DNA from: Catajapyx aquilonaris
Taxonomy: Eukaryota
NCBI GenBank assembly: GCA_000934665.2
Contig: JYFJ02002400.1
Location: forward strand, 1 to 57,614
Length of the DNA stretch: 57,614 bases
Reading direction: 5' to 3'
Each line of letters starts with the position of its first letter. Positions within the stretch are counted from its first letter, which is position 1. The translations under genes and the position numbers were made by a program. Below are positions 37,917 to 51,053 of this stretch, in pieces. Under the pieces are notes generated by a model. That model was not told where the DNA came from, did not search any database, and saw only the letters and a list, made by a program, of their open reading frames with translations.

Positions 37917-38004
37917 ATCACGTGCGGGAGTTTACCTGCGGGAAGTTGTATTATAGGACCTTCTACTTAGACAGCAAGAGAGATGCACTCTATGTGGGCG
38001 CCAT
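37917..38004 (+). CDS. Sema2a: Semaphorin-2A-like, second coding exon (start of Sema domain)
   Basis: Acceptor TTTTTTCTTCCTTTCAG at 37900-37916, donor GTGAGT at 38005. Translation (N)HVREFTCGKLYYRTFYLDSKRDALYVGA(M) closely matches the recalled Drosophila Sema-2a DHVREFNCGKLYYRTFHMNEDRDTLYVGAM. Phase 1 in, phase 2 out. Confidence 0.96.
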
Positions 38005-38037
38005 GTGAGTATACCTTTCTTTCTTCTGTATACTACA

Positions 38038-38261
38038 CTGCCGTCAGATGTGAGAGGACCGTAACTCAATATCCACTTCCCTTGCGGCGAGAAAAGAAAG
38101 CAAGTGTTACCGAAAGCATCCAAGAGGTGGCGTTGGGGGAAGGGGGGAAAAGGAACGGCATCCCAACTCCACCTGTCGGGTGCTTTTGGTACCACTGCTT
38201 TTTTTTCTCACCGCAAGGGGAAGTGGACATTGAGTTACGGTCTTCTCATATCTGACGGCAG
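38038..38261. mobile_element. Foldback MITE (~100-bp arms) directly after Sema2a exon 2
   Basis: CTGCCGTCAGATGTGAGAGGACCGTAACTCAAT... pairs with ...ATTGAGTTACGGTCTTCTCATATCTGACGGCAG; arms 38038-38137 and 38162-38261; flanks CA / TA. Confidence 0.88.
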
Positions 38262-41200
38262 TACAGACGTATGTGCTTTTGGTCCACGATTGACAAAAAA
38301 AAATTGGCTTATTCTCTCCGTCTGATATTTGTCCGACCTGATAGTACTACTACATCTCGCGCGGTGGCAGGCGTGTGCAGAGGGAGTATGCGCCATCTGT
38401 GCGTGAAAAATAGAACCACGTGGTAAATCGGCGGGCCATCTCATTTCGATTGTCGATTGTCACTGGACATGCCAATTTTTTGGCAACGGGTTCACTAATA
38501 TGTCAGTAATAATAATTGAAGTTAAAGCTTCGACATTACTGTAGCTTGTAGTAAGCTGCCTTGATTATATCCTGCTGAGAGTCCCTCGGGTCAGGTCAGC
38601 ATGTCAACTTTGCCCACCGATGTTGAGCATCCCACGGAGCTTAAAATATATATCTCCTGGAGCATATAGCTGCTGTGTGGGTTTTTTTGTTTAAAAAAAA
38701 GAGCTGGGTGGCTTAATAATTCACTGTTTAGCTGGGGGTGGACATGAGAGGTGTCCGGAAAGAGGACAGTGTGTCGAGGATTTAATCTGCGATTCGCCGT
38801 CCGCGTGTGGGGGGACAAAGTGAAGAATCTAATTTGAATTTCCATCATGTCCGTCATCGTTTGCAATTCATGAAGCTCCCTGAAAACTACATTTTCGATT
38901 GGTGATTAGTGGCGCCCGACACATACACACACGTGTGGCTCTGATGCTATTAGCGACTTGCACAGGAAGAAAACATGCGAAATATTTTTGGCGTAGGGTC
39001 AAAGTGTGCGCCTGGTGCCCTTAATAGAGAGAAAGGACCTGGGGGCTGAGATTGAGTTGTGCTCAGAGGCTGCTGGTAGAGAGGTGGTATATAGGTTGGA
39101 GTCTCTTCTCACGTGGGTGGATTACAGAGAAAACAGCGATAATAGGTTCGGCCTCTACTCCTAGCTCCGCTTGACTTTGATGGGCTGTAATGGAATTAGG
39201 GGAGGTGAAAGGGAAGCCCCCCCCCCCCNCCCCCTTTTCCATCCTCTCTTATGATTGCACCCTCCCAACCTCTCACTTTCCTATACCCCAGCATCAGCAC
39301 AGGAGCAGCAGCATCCCAGCCTGCAGAAACTCTCAACGCACTTGTGAGGATTGGAACCTCATTTTTTAAAGGGCTCAAAATAAATTGGCACCTGCCCCGA
39401 CATGGACGCATATAATAATTACTGCGGTTTGTGTGTAGTAGTTTACATTAATTAGTTGTTATTGATATGTGCGGCCGTTGTTTGGGCTACGTACTATTGC
39501 AGCAGGTGTGTGCACAAGCCTATACCGGAGGGGGGCTTGGCTAAATGGCGCGGGGTCAACCATCGCCCAACGAATTATTAATCAAACTGACGCCCAACAC
39601 TTGAAATATTGAAACCTTTTAACGCGTGAAAGTAACAGGCTCCATCATTAAAATTGCAGGAGCATCGGATGGTGCAGGCCGTATATTAAACTCTGGGATG
39701 ATATCACTTGGTGCCTGACCTATAATAATGTGACACTCCCTGGACATAACGGACCTGAGGGACTGATCTTTGCCCCCCCTTGACCCCGAGTAGGGGTTAT
39801 CTTATCGGGTCCGAATAAGGCGCCAAAGTACGCCCACCCAAAAAATAGGGGTTGGCGCAAGAGGATGATAATGAGGATTAATGGGCTTTTGGCCCGGACT
39901 TATCGAGTTTGGTGGACTTGGTTGGGGGTAGGGGGACGTGATCCTCCCACGGGATGCTGCTGGGAAAAGGGGGGAGTGCTCAGGGATGAGGTTCTCCTCC
40001 TGTAATAATAATGCGTGTATAATAAGACGGATGGGGGATGTGTACATGATAAGTTGGGGCATGATGCATCATCGGCCACACCATCCTAATTAGCCCGGAA
40101 TCTCTCACCAACCTAATAGTAGGTCCGGATTCTGCACTCGCACCTTGTCAAGTTTCTGTCCGGATCGATCCGGAAAACTATATATACTCCTGCAAATATT
40201 GAGGTAGTGCTTTGGCCTTGTTTATTCTGGGGTTTATCTGCGAGCCGTGTGCCGACTATCTGGAAAACTATTACTGTTGTACGCTGCGGGCTGATATCAC
40301 GTATCCTTGTAGTTGGTACCGCTGTCCAGATAAGACTCGGTGCTCGTGTGTATACTTATTGACTTACCCACCCATCCGGTACAGTGTGTCCAAGAAGGTG
40401 CGTAATGGCGTGTGCGGTGGCAGTCATCTTGGAGGCAAAGCAGTTAGCGTGATTAAAATCGATTCCCAGGGAGACCGAACCCATGCATCAGTCTGCTGAG
40501 GCCGAGAGAGGGCTGTAATTAAATAACACACTGATTAGCGGAGCAGTGACCAGGCGGGTTGTGACCAGAGCAGTTGCCCTTTTCCCCTCTTAATGCTAAA
40601 TGATGTTTGCATCTTTCGTTGGGGGGGGGGGGGGGNGGGGGGGGGGGGTCGACGCTGCTGCTGCGGCGCGACGTTTCTTACCCCAAGCTCCACATAATTG
40701 TATTTGCTTGGCACACAATCTGGAAGCTGCTGCATTAGGGAGATGGCAGCTATACTGTGCAGCCAAGCACAGCCTGTACATGGCTCAATATTCCGAGTAA
40801 AGTTGCAACAATGCCGCCTATGCACGCTGGGCTTGCAGTGTAATGGAAACTCAATTACACAATCGGGCGTTACTTTTCCTCGATTCGGAAGTTAACGAGA
40901 TGATTTCTCATCTGGCAGGCGTCGCGTGGGTGCGGTCCTGTGACAGTCGACAGCGTATTACAACGGGATTAAGCCCGGTTTATTCCGCACTTCGCACCTG
41001 AGTACCTGCTGCCAACAATCTTTTTTATTATTATTATTACTACTATATGAAGCCAGCAGACTGCAAGTGACGAAAGAAGCCGGCTCCTTCTTCCCCTCCC
41101 TTTTTATTGCGGAAGAGGTTTAATTACACGCAGTCTAATCTACATGAAATGGGCGGTGTTTGTAGGCGTGTTAGTGATATTTTGCAGCTGTAGGATGCAC

Positions 41201-44200
41201 CCCGAGGAGCATTAGGCCCTGTGATTTAAAGAGCAATTAGCCCTAATTCTGAGGAATAAATCGTGGGGTCCCTCCTTGTTGCCGCCGTATATATATCTAT
41301 CGGATAGAGTGGGTTGGAGGGGGGCAAGAGACCTCCGCGTCTTTGCATAATGGAGCAGGCTGTGATCCAAGCAAGGGATTTGTAATGGGGTCTGTTTCTG
41401 CATCCTCCGACGCGTCTGCTGGACCCGCAAACCACTGTTGTTGCTCCGGATGACAAGCAGCACTACTCTTTCTATACAGTCAACCGAGTGCTGATGGTGT
41501 AAATGAGATTGCAGGATGGATGCTGGGCGATATTTTAGAATTAAAAAAGTCTAATCCGCAGCGACAGAAGCGAGAGTCTTCTGGACACATTTCCTCATTA
41601 GAGAGGAAGGCGTCTCCGCCTCTTCGGATATATCTCCGAGAGATGCTTACCTGCTGGGATTACTACCCAAGGAGAGTATAGACTCATCGCGATGTAATTT
41701 CTCCAGACGACCACTTGTGACGCCATATGGCGCCGACGTCGTATATAGCCAAAGCCGGAGCACTGCTGCCGTCTCCTTCCTTTCCACAAGATTAATCTAT
41801 GTCGTCCACCAAGCAGCAAGCGGGCTTCATTGCCAAGGTTTCGCTTTTAAAGGACACCCACCCATCGCACTTTAAGACGCTTCTAATGTTGATTGGCACC
41901 GTATGCCTGCGAGTTAAAAAAAAGAGGTGCCCATGTATGGTATGCCCAGCGAGGTGCATTATTCCAGAAAAAAGGACCTGGCCGGATCATTAGAGACGGA
42001 GGAAAATATGGCCACTTGTGTCTGTCTCCACGATATTAATGGCTGGGGCTCCCAAGAGCGCATTACTCAACTTTAATAAGTGGGGGATTTAAATTTAACA
42101 GCATTTTGCTCCACCCTTTGTTTTTTTTCCCTCTCTCCTTCGTCCACCATAACCGTCCGTTCCAGCCGTTTTGTAATATACTGTATTGTGCCTCCCTATT
42201 GGAGACCCCGAGCAGCACATGGCCATAAAAAAGCCAAGCATGCGAGACAGCATTCCTCAAGTCGGAAATTGATTCCCGCTGGTAAAATTCTGCTAATGAA
42301 TGGACCCCCCCTATAAGTAATCACCATAATGCGCTGCAGTACACGTCCAGCCCAATAGGTTTTAATCTGCCCTGAATACCAAGTTAGCTGGGGTTGTAAC
42401 CAAGTTGGCTATAGATGCGCATTTCCGCATCGAGAAAATAGAAAGAGCCGCTCTTCTGAAAGACATTTTTATCTTCAGAGGATTCTGGGTGGGAATTGAA
42501 AGATGGTGCACACACACACAGGTCGAGGCATTGGTGAAACCGGGTGGGACAGTTCTGCATTATCGAGCTGTCAGGATGGGGTCCCGTCATGGGCCTCGCT
42601 CTGCATTTTTGCTCATTCTAGATAGCAGTGGTGGAGGGATCTTCACAAACCTCTGCCTCCGCCTTCAATCGCCCCCGATGCAAAAGCCTTTGGAGACAGG
42701 CATTTTTTTTGTCCCCCCTTCTTCTTCTTCAACTTCTCTCTCTCTCTTGGGGAAGCGGCTTCTTGGCGATTGGCCCACAGGAAATCATCCTAGCGTGAAT
42801 GGCGGCCACACGGCTGCTGGCACACAAACGTCAAATGGAGATTTCTCTCTTCCATTCCCTATATGCCCCCCTGGGAGTCACACGGAGGACTTATTCTGCG
42901 CAATGTGTCCATTAGGCTGTGTCTCCCACACTCATTGCAGCACATTTTGCAGTTCCGGCTCCTTTTTTTTAGGTTCTGTGCCCACCACACCCTTAGAAGT
43001 GATGGGACTGTGGGTGTGTGTGACCCCCACCCATGACCTCCTGCCGGGCATGTGTGTGTCGGCAGCATATATGCTGGTCATGCGTGTGCTTCTTTTCACA
43101 GGGAGCCCTGTTGCTTTCCTGTCCTTCCTGGCAGGGAGTCCGCCTCAAGTCATGCATAAATTTGAATACAGTGTGTGTGTGTGTGAGCCAGTGCGTGTGT
43201 TTTAGGAGGGGGGCCACACACGTTGGGTTTGAAAAAGTGAGGCGTCCCATATATATCGGGACTTATCTGATAGTACGCATCGCCGCCCTGTAACGAGCCC
43301 ACGTGTAGCCTACATGTTGGGTGCTTATCTGTTATTTTCCAAACCCACCCAATCACAATCGCCGGGGAAATGAAACTGGAGGTAATGAGGAAGGCGACAA
43401 ATAATTTAATGCCTCATTAATAATTTGGAGCTTATCCGAACCCGCAATTGTAATGACCATCGGGTTTGATTTTTTTTTTTTTAAATTCCAGCATGCGGTT
43501 ACAAATCGCATTAATTAGCGTCCATTTTTTTTTTTGCTAAAATTTGAGAGAGGGGGCACTGTCAACGTCCGGTCTGATTCAATTAGATAAACTCTAAAAA
43601 AATATGTAATTATTTATTTGTGTGATAAAAAATAACTGTCGCAAATTTCGCGTAGGAATTCACAGTGCAAATATTGTTACCATACCAACTTTATTTTTTC
43701 CAAAAGATGAGCTGCCGAATTTTTTTCCGGTTGTACATTACAGTATGTGCGGTAATGCAATTTAGCATGTGTTCCAGCCATGCGTTTCAATTACAGCACA
43801 ATGCACCGTAAGCAAAAAATTGAAGCCTAGTCTTTTGAACCTATTTGTCTCATTGGCAGCCGTGTTTGTAAAAAAAAAAAATGTATTTCCATGCAGAGTG
43901 CACAGATTACCGTACACATAGCCATCCGATTTGCTCTCATTATTCGTCCATGATGATAACCTGAAGCTTTCAGGGTTTGTACGACAATATTATCAAAAAA
44001 AATGCTGTAATCCAGTTAAGCTCGAAAAAGCTCTTTTGTGGGCAAAGAGAGCAGATGACAGCCCCAAAGCCCATCACCTGATGTTCGCAGCCGCAGCAGA
44101 TTATCAAGATCACTAAATTTGTCGCCAAATCCAATCAAATATTCTACTTGTACAGTCAATCGTTTGTGGCCCGGAATTAATAATACACTGGGCTGTGTAT

Positions 44201-45475
44201 ACAAAAAAAAATGTCAAGTTGACACTATAATGCGAATCTCGCGTGACATTATTTTCATTACGTATTTTTAGGAGAAGCATGTCAGGTCGGAAAAATCGCA
44301 GGGATGTGTTTGCAAGTGACGCCAAGTAATTCGCAAAAAAAAAATCCATCCTTATCCGGGGCATTTAATTAGGAATAAGAGTGTGTGCGCCTCCGGAGAG
44401 AATAAGGTTTTTGGGAAAGCGTATTCCGGGGACCTCATGTGTCAGTGTCAGGGAGGCATGTAAACACTAATTTCCACTCATTAAGTCTGACGGAGGCTGA
44501 CGGGGAGACAAAGATAAATTTGCATAAGGGCCCGGAGGGGGGAGGGAAGGAAGAGCAGCCTCCGGATCTAGACCCGGACGATACTTCAGGGACTCTGATT
44601 CTAACCCGGAAATATGGAAATCGCATCATCGGACACAGAATTTTGGGGAGTCCCAAAAAAAAATTGTAGTTTTTTTTTAGGACACGAAATAAATTAGTGG
44701 CGATGAATCTGGAGGCGTTGAAAGTAGCCATTAAATAGCACCCCGTGACCTTTCACCCGCAGCACCTAAATTACGCGGAGTTATCAGGCAATGAAAACTA
44801 TGGCGACGAAGGCTGTGGCCGCCAAAGCATGTTTGATCACGACATGCGTTTCATACGCCTTTTTTTTCTCTCGCAAACTTCACTTAGAGTGTACCCGAAG
44901 CACTTAATGGATGACAGGGGGGTGAATCTCTGGCTGACAATAAATCATGATTGTGGCCTTGATGGGAAGTAGGGGAGACTGAGAGAGCTAGAGAAAAAAA
45001 AAATGCGACTTTGGCTGATAGATAGGGCAGATTATGGATTTCCAACATGATGGATGCCACAGGAGGAATCTCTTTTCCTGGTGGCATTCATTTCCGACCC
45101 CTAGTCTGCATCATTTTAAAAATGGCTGGGGCGAAAAATGGTGTACCGGGGAAGCACAGCAAAAGATTTAGGTTGAAAAACCGGCAGTGGCATTTGGCTG
45201 GGACTTGCTGAGAAAAGGTGGTTGTGATGGGAGGGGAAAAAGGGCACAAAAGAAATGAGAGGAGGAGGAAAGAAAAAAAGAAGGTCAGACATGGGGAATC
45301 ACGTCGCTTCTCCTCACAATGTCGCCGAGGTTTTCCCTCCTCTTTTCTCATAGGCGACTGAAATTTTAATGGCTCCAAATTAGTGCGCTAGGAGGGTGCG
45401 GGGAAAGGTTCCTTCTCTGATCAATACCAACCATAAGATAAGGAACATGTGCTGGGGATCATATCGGGAAGCCTC

Positions 45476-45543
45476 GTCGCATCGGGGATGTCCATTTCCG
45501 CCTTTGTGCCAATGGTTGCGGAAATGGACATGCCCGATGTGAC
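45476..45543. repeat. 68-nt inverted repeat (26-bp stem, 16-nt loop)
   Basis: GTCGCATCGGGGATGTCCATTTCCGC / GCGGAAATGGACATGCCCGATGTGAC, 24/26 Watson-Crick pairs plus one G-U on the + strand. Confidence 0.8.
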
Positions 45544-45624
45544 TAATCTGCAGAAATGGACATGTCGCTTCATCTTAAACGACACTTGAAAAGGGTTTGA
45601 ACAGTGCAGCTGTATAGCACGTAT

Positions 45625-45700
45625 GGTCAGTAGCCTACTGTACATTCATTACAGGTCAGCAGCCTACTGTACATTCATTACAGGTCAGCAGCATTCATTA
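45625..45700. repeat. 29-bp tandem repeat, about 2.5 copies
   Basis: GGTCAG recurs at 45625, 45654 and 45683; unit GGTCAGYAGCCTACTGTACATTCATTACA. Confidence 0.92.
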
Positions 45701-47949
45701 ATTCCCGGTATTAATGAATACCCGCTGTTCGTGGGTTGTAGTAAGCGATTTATGAACGGTCCAGTTTTAAATTGGCAATATTTGTCCAGCTTAACTGTAA
45801 ATTGTTGCTTAGTTGCGCCTAACCGCAAAATCTGTCCTGCTGTGGCACCGGCAGATATTGACATTTATAGGCCGGAATTCAGAGATACGCGCACCCGGGA
45901 TTTAGAGGCTGGACCGGCTGCCAACTACAATTCTGATCAGATATCAATAAGTGGTCAAACTTGCCTGAAGAGTGTTTGGAGCACGTGTGTTGACGTATGG
46001 AGCAGGGAATGACACGTGTCTTGGCCGAAATCAATTCCCCTGGGGCTGTCCGTGTGTGTCTGACTGCGTGAGGATGTGAATTCAGTGCACGTCGAGAGTC
46101 TATCAATCAATCGCCGCGTGGGATCCCATACTAATCGATGCCTCTTGGTTGATCCGATGAGAGAGGTCCTTTAAGGATTAGTCTTGCTGCACAGCCTACA
46201 CATGCGATGCCAGTGTGTGTGCGTCATGTGTGATGTGCATTTGGCGGGTAATTGAAGCGTGCATGAAGAGATGAGGAGAAGTGCTGATGCCAATAACATG
46301 CTCTATTGGGATGACAGGAATTAATGATGATGCCCCCATCCGCAAATTGAAAGCCGGGGCCTCGGGGAGACCAAGTGATAGGATTCGCAATTGGGGATTG
46401 ATTACTGCGCTGCTGATGCCAGCCCAGGCCCGAGGAGATTGTGTGTAGTGCACACTCGCCCCCTAAGGTATATACTTCAAGAGAATAGATCAAGCCGCGG
46501 TCGACACGCGTTTTCTGATCGTGCTTAATTGTGTCCAAAGAACACCGTGATTTCTGATGAGCTCAGCAGCAAATGTTTGCTTCCCTCACAAATTGTCCCC
46601 CTGCTGTACACTGACATCGAATATCATAATTGGAACCGCTAATGATGACAACCCCATCGTTAATTGCGCTCCTTTTTTTAATTCCATATATTTTTGTGTT
46701 TTTTTTCTTCATTTTTTGGGCTGGTTGGAGAGGACATAATGACTGGCGCGGGAGAAGTGAGCTTTTCCCAACCACTTGCTTCATTAGTCCCCATTAATTA
46801 TACATAGGTTTCCCTCACCAATTAGCCAAACATGTTTAAATTCTCTTTGAGCCCAGGTGACATAGTACACACACTGTGTTTTAAGACACTGTACGCCCCA
46901 CAGATCCAGTCGAACCAATCCACAAATTGCGTGGTATTTCCTGCTGACATCGGGGGTATATAGGTAAGGTCATTTTTGTGCCCTGCTAGCATCTGGCGAC
47001 TTCTTCCGTTTTTTTTCTGGACCGACGTAGGCTGTACAGGATTTACGATCAGGAGGAGATGAACCTTTCTCCTTCCATTTCTTATTCTCCCTCTTTTTTC
47101 CTTTTTCCACCTTCCCCGTTTTACGACATCCTTTCCTCAATTGCTCTTGAGAGGATTGGAGCCTCTTCCTTCCTTCCTGCTGGCTGCCTCTTGCTGGTCC
47201 ATGCCCCCTCCTCCCTTCATCTTTAATTCGGCAAAGCCTACCTTCCACCCTCACTCGACTTAGTCTCACTTGGAAGAGCAAGCTAAGCCTCCTCTGATGT
47301 GGATCCGAAGAGATAGCTTTTCACCCACGATTTTTATCCTTGCTGGGTACACTCCTGCTGGAAGAAGCCCAGCACTAATTGCAATGTATTTCACTTTAGC
47401 TCGCATGTATATCATCGGTTCCGTGCGTGTACCGTACATGCGATATTGCATCGAGTATAATCCCCCAACCACCACCACAGAACTCCATGCAAGTTTCAAT
47501 AAGGAGGCGTTTCTGGCGCCAACTTGGCTCGCGTGAGGGTAATGCCAACACTTGTGCGTACATACTAAAAAGGCAGCATTATATCCCCCCAACTTTCCCC
47601 CCCCCCCCCCCCCCNGTTTTGACTCGAAATGGCCTGGGAAGCCTGGGGGGTTTTTCCACTCACTGCCAGCATCATATTGCAGCATAATATTTTCCAGATT
47701 TCCGGGGGCGCGTCAATCACTGCTGGCCTGGAATGGATTGTCAGTGGGTGGGGGGGTATATAGGTGACACTTGGCCGCCTCCATGGCGCTGACAGCCAAA
47801 TTGTGTTGCCCCGAGTCGCACTATTTTATACCCACCCGACACAATCGCCCCAATGAGAGTTGAATGACACAGACACAAGGGGGGCTGTTTGAATGAAGTT
47901 CCACACTGCACACTCTCGGATGATATTTCCTACGCGGCGAAGTGGCGTC

Positions 47950-47980
47950 CGTGGCAAAGCCAGAATAACGTTCGTTGGCC
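47950..47980 (+). repeat. Dispersed repeat core, copy 3
   Basis: CGTGGCAAAGCCAGAATAACGTTCGTTGGCC. Confidence 0.8.
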
Positions 47981-49204
47981 AGCGACGCCTTGCATTCGTC
48001 GAGTATACATCAGTCGAAACGCGGTCCGTTTGTTGAACCCAACACAAGCATGTTGACCGTGGTGTCTTGCCAAAAGGAATCTGGAAGAAGACAAACCTGG
48101 CGGTGAATAGATTGGCTGACATTTTCATTAGTTACCCCCGTCAGCGGCTCCCTTTTCACACACAGAAAAATTCTTTCAGATATCCTTTTTTTACGTCGCC
48201 CAAACACGTAGGCCTACTCATTAAGACCAGCCTCCTGTCGTGGACCTATGGATATTAATAGCCGCTTGCATAATGCGTCACAATTTAAGAGTCTCTGTTA
48301 GCAGTTGCCGCCCATTGATCACCGTAATGTGCTCGACAAAAAGGCTCTGACAGCGGCAAAGAAGCGAGGTTGCCAACACATATTTGGTCGCGTCTGAACC
48401 GCGTCGTAATGCAAAAAACCCCCGGATTAATCGGAGGCCTGGGCGCTGTCCACTTTAAGTGATGGTCAGCCGCCCCCGACGTCAACCGTAAAAACCGCGT
48501 TCCAAATTGACCAAATGCCTGATAACGTGCTTCGGGGCGATAACGACCAAATGAACAAAGAGGGTGGGGGCCCATTTTTCTCCCTAGATAACTTTTGTGG
48601 GCAACACTCAGGGGGGAGAGCCTGGAAAAAATATATATATTTGGCGGACAGTAGTTTGGCGGTTGTAAACGTGTGTGCGCCGCACGTTATTGGCTGTGGT
48701 TAAAGTTGATGGAAAAACCGTAAATGATTGGGTGGTGATTAATTTGCGGAGGTTGGGGTTTGGTTCCATGGTGGGCTGCCAGCCTCGGGAGGGAGAGAAT
48801 TTTGTGCAGGCCATACCCTCCACTCTCTAATTGGCTGTCATGTCCATCGGCTTCCTGCGCAGCTTCACCCTAGGCTGGACCATCGGATCGCAAGAGTGGG
48901 GGAGAGATAGATAGAAACATCCCCCCACCTCCATTACATCATCATTACCCCTCGGGCCAAAAAAAAGTGGGGGGCGAAAAAATCCAGCAGCAAACTTAGT
49001 TTAGGCTCCCGCAATATTGGACCCAAAATTGCACCCCCCAACCTATGAATAGTTTTTTTGGGGGGCGGGGAGGGGGGGGGTGGGCTTTATTATCGCGCCC
49101 AATTTTTGCCGAATTTAACATCAGAGATTGGTTGATCCAGGAGACATAATAGCTGGAATTTTTGCCCCACTGCTAGTTGCTGCTAACCACTGCCAACACT
49201 GGTA

Positions 49205-49438
49205 CTATGAACCGCAAAAACATTGTCGCACTGTTATGGCGTTCGCGACTTCTAATTTAACCCTCCTCCCGCAAGGGGCGCTGCCAGTATCACTGAGCAG
49301 CGCCCCTTGCGGGAGGAGTGTCAATTAGAAGTCCTCCTTAGTACTCCTCCCGCAAGGGTCAGTGGTGACACTGGCAGCGCCCCTTGCGGGGAAGTCGCGG
49401 ACGCCATAACAGTGCGACAATGTTTTTGCGGTTCATAG
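49205..49438. mobile_element. Family-A-related foldback MITE (TA TSD)
   Basis: TA|CTATGAACCGCAAAAACATTGTCGCACTGTTATGGCGT ... reverse complement|TA. TIR is clearly similar to 20970; same GACTT...hairpin...AAGTC internal layout with CCGCAAGGGG/CCCCTTGCGG hairpins. Confidence 0.88.
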
Positions 49439-50973
49439 TAGGTCTACTGGGACGAAAATGCCACCAAATGTTTTTTTAAAACCCAAATGCATTCCTTCCA
49501 TTCCTGAACTTATTGGCACGTGTAAAATCCCCCCCTTTAAACGCGACTAGGGCAACATTGCTGCAACTTCGAGGGTGTAATGGCTTGTAAAACAGGCAGA
49601 AACACCCCTTGGAAAGCAGGCTAATGTATTATTATTGGCCTCGTATCCTCGGGCAGTAAAATAAGCCCTTTCGGACCGTTTCATTCATTCGGCAGCCGAC
49701 CGTTTTGAGGCCTCATAACATGGCTGGAGGAGACAATTGGCCCAATTCTCTCTCGGAGTAATGGCCCAGCGACTTTGGTCAAACTCAGCTCTTCGGAACT
49801 GGTCCGCATTTTGGCGCTGTCTGCCAGGGCATCAACCACACATGTGTCCTACATACTCTTTGAATTATTTTGGCTGGAGTCCCATGTGCGTCCCCGCACA
49901 CATTTTGTCATGTGTGAGACCCAGTTCGGCAGCAGGATGGCCGTAAAAATAATTTAATTACGGGTAATCTTCCGGGTGCGGCCTGGGTGATTCCGGAGCA
50001 ACAGCCGGAAAAAATAGGGGGGGAAGCTAGAAGGTTGTAGCCGGGATGAAAGGGAAATGTCATTTCCAAGTAGTCGAGCCTTATCGCTCTTTTACGATGC
50101 ATTCATTTGGCTGCCAAATAGCTACGTTTACTGCCAGCCAAGGACAGCGCCCGGATGCCTCCAATTCCTTGCTCTGTATGTTTTTTTTCCGGGGGGGGGG
50201 GGGGGGNACACAAAAATTGTGTGTACATTGTTACCTGGTGTGTACCTGCCGCGAGTACAAACAAGGTCTTCCCACGAGAGCTAAATTGCGGCTCTAAAGC
50301 GAAACAGCCAGCCCATCTTTTTCATTACTAGTTTCAAACGGGGGTCTGCCACACAGGGTGCCTCAAAAAAAACTGTGGTTGCTGGGACGAACAATCATCT
50401 GTTGCGACTTTGCAGCAGCACCCTGTTGCCTAGAAAAAGCGGTCGTGTTAGGTAAACTGCAGAGTATCAAGTGTGCAGCTCGGATGCACCCAATTAAAAG
50501 GGGCCGCATGCTGCCGTGGGTGGGGGGGTGAACATTGCAGAAAAGAGGGTTTTATCTGGAAAGCTCATCCCGGCTAATTATCCCGCACGCTGTCTGTCCG
50601 GAGAGATTTCCACTCCGGGGTTCCCCCCCTCCACAAGTGAGCGTAAAATGTTAATGTCTGGCCCTAACTGCAGGAGGGCGTTGCTTGCGTTTTGCTCTGC
50701 TTTGCCCAAACTGAGTTGCAGAGAAAAGACAAGTTTTAAAGTTTCAGGTGTGCGGAGGGTTAGGTTGGCAGCCTGCCTGGCTGTTGGGTTGGCAGGTCTT
50801 CCCCTCCCCAAACTGCCTCACCCGGCCTTTTGTTGGAAAAGAGATACACGTTCCTCATGCATTATGGACCAGGCCCCACAGCCACTGCCTCCAGGACCAG
50901 GCATATAGGTCTGCAGGGAACGGTCCATATACACTCACACTGGATGTGTATACAGAGAGGTTCGGCGGAAGAA

Positions 50974-51007
50974 CGCCATGGCAAAGCCACAATAACGTTC
51001 GTTGGTC
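50974..51007 (+). repeat. Dispersed repeat core, copy 4
   Basis: CGCCATGGCAAAGCCACAATAACGTTCGTTGGTC. Confidence 0.8.
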
Positions 51008-51053
51008 CCCCCTGCGTCTCCACCCCTCGTAGGAGAGATCAGCCGATCGTTTA

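Noticed and set aside
40212..40290. Peptide ADYLENYYCCT resembling the N-terminus of Drosophila Sema-2a
   Set aside because: No ATG (in-frame TGA at 40200), no good splice sites, and it lies downstream of exon 2; judged coincidental.
42405..43205. Longest ORFs (266 aa here; also 51226-51912, 56362-57003, 13923-14522)
   Set aside because: Low-complexity translations of homopolymer and dinucleotide runs, no recognisable domain or splice structure; they lie within Sema2a introns.
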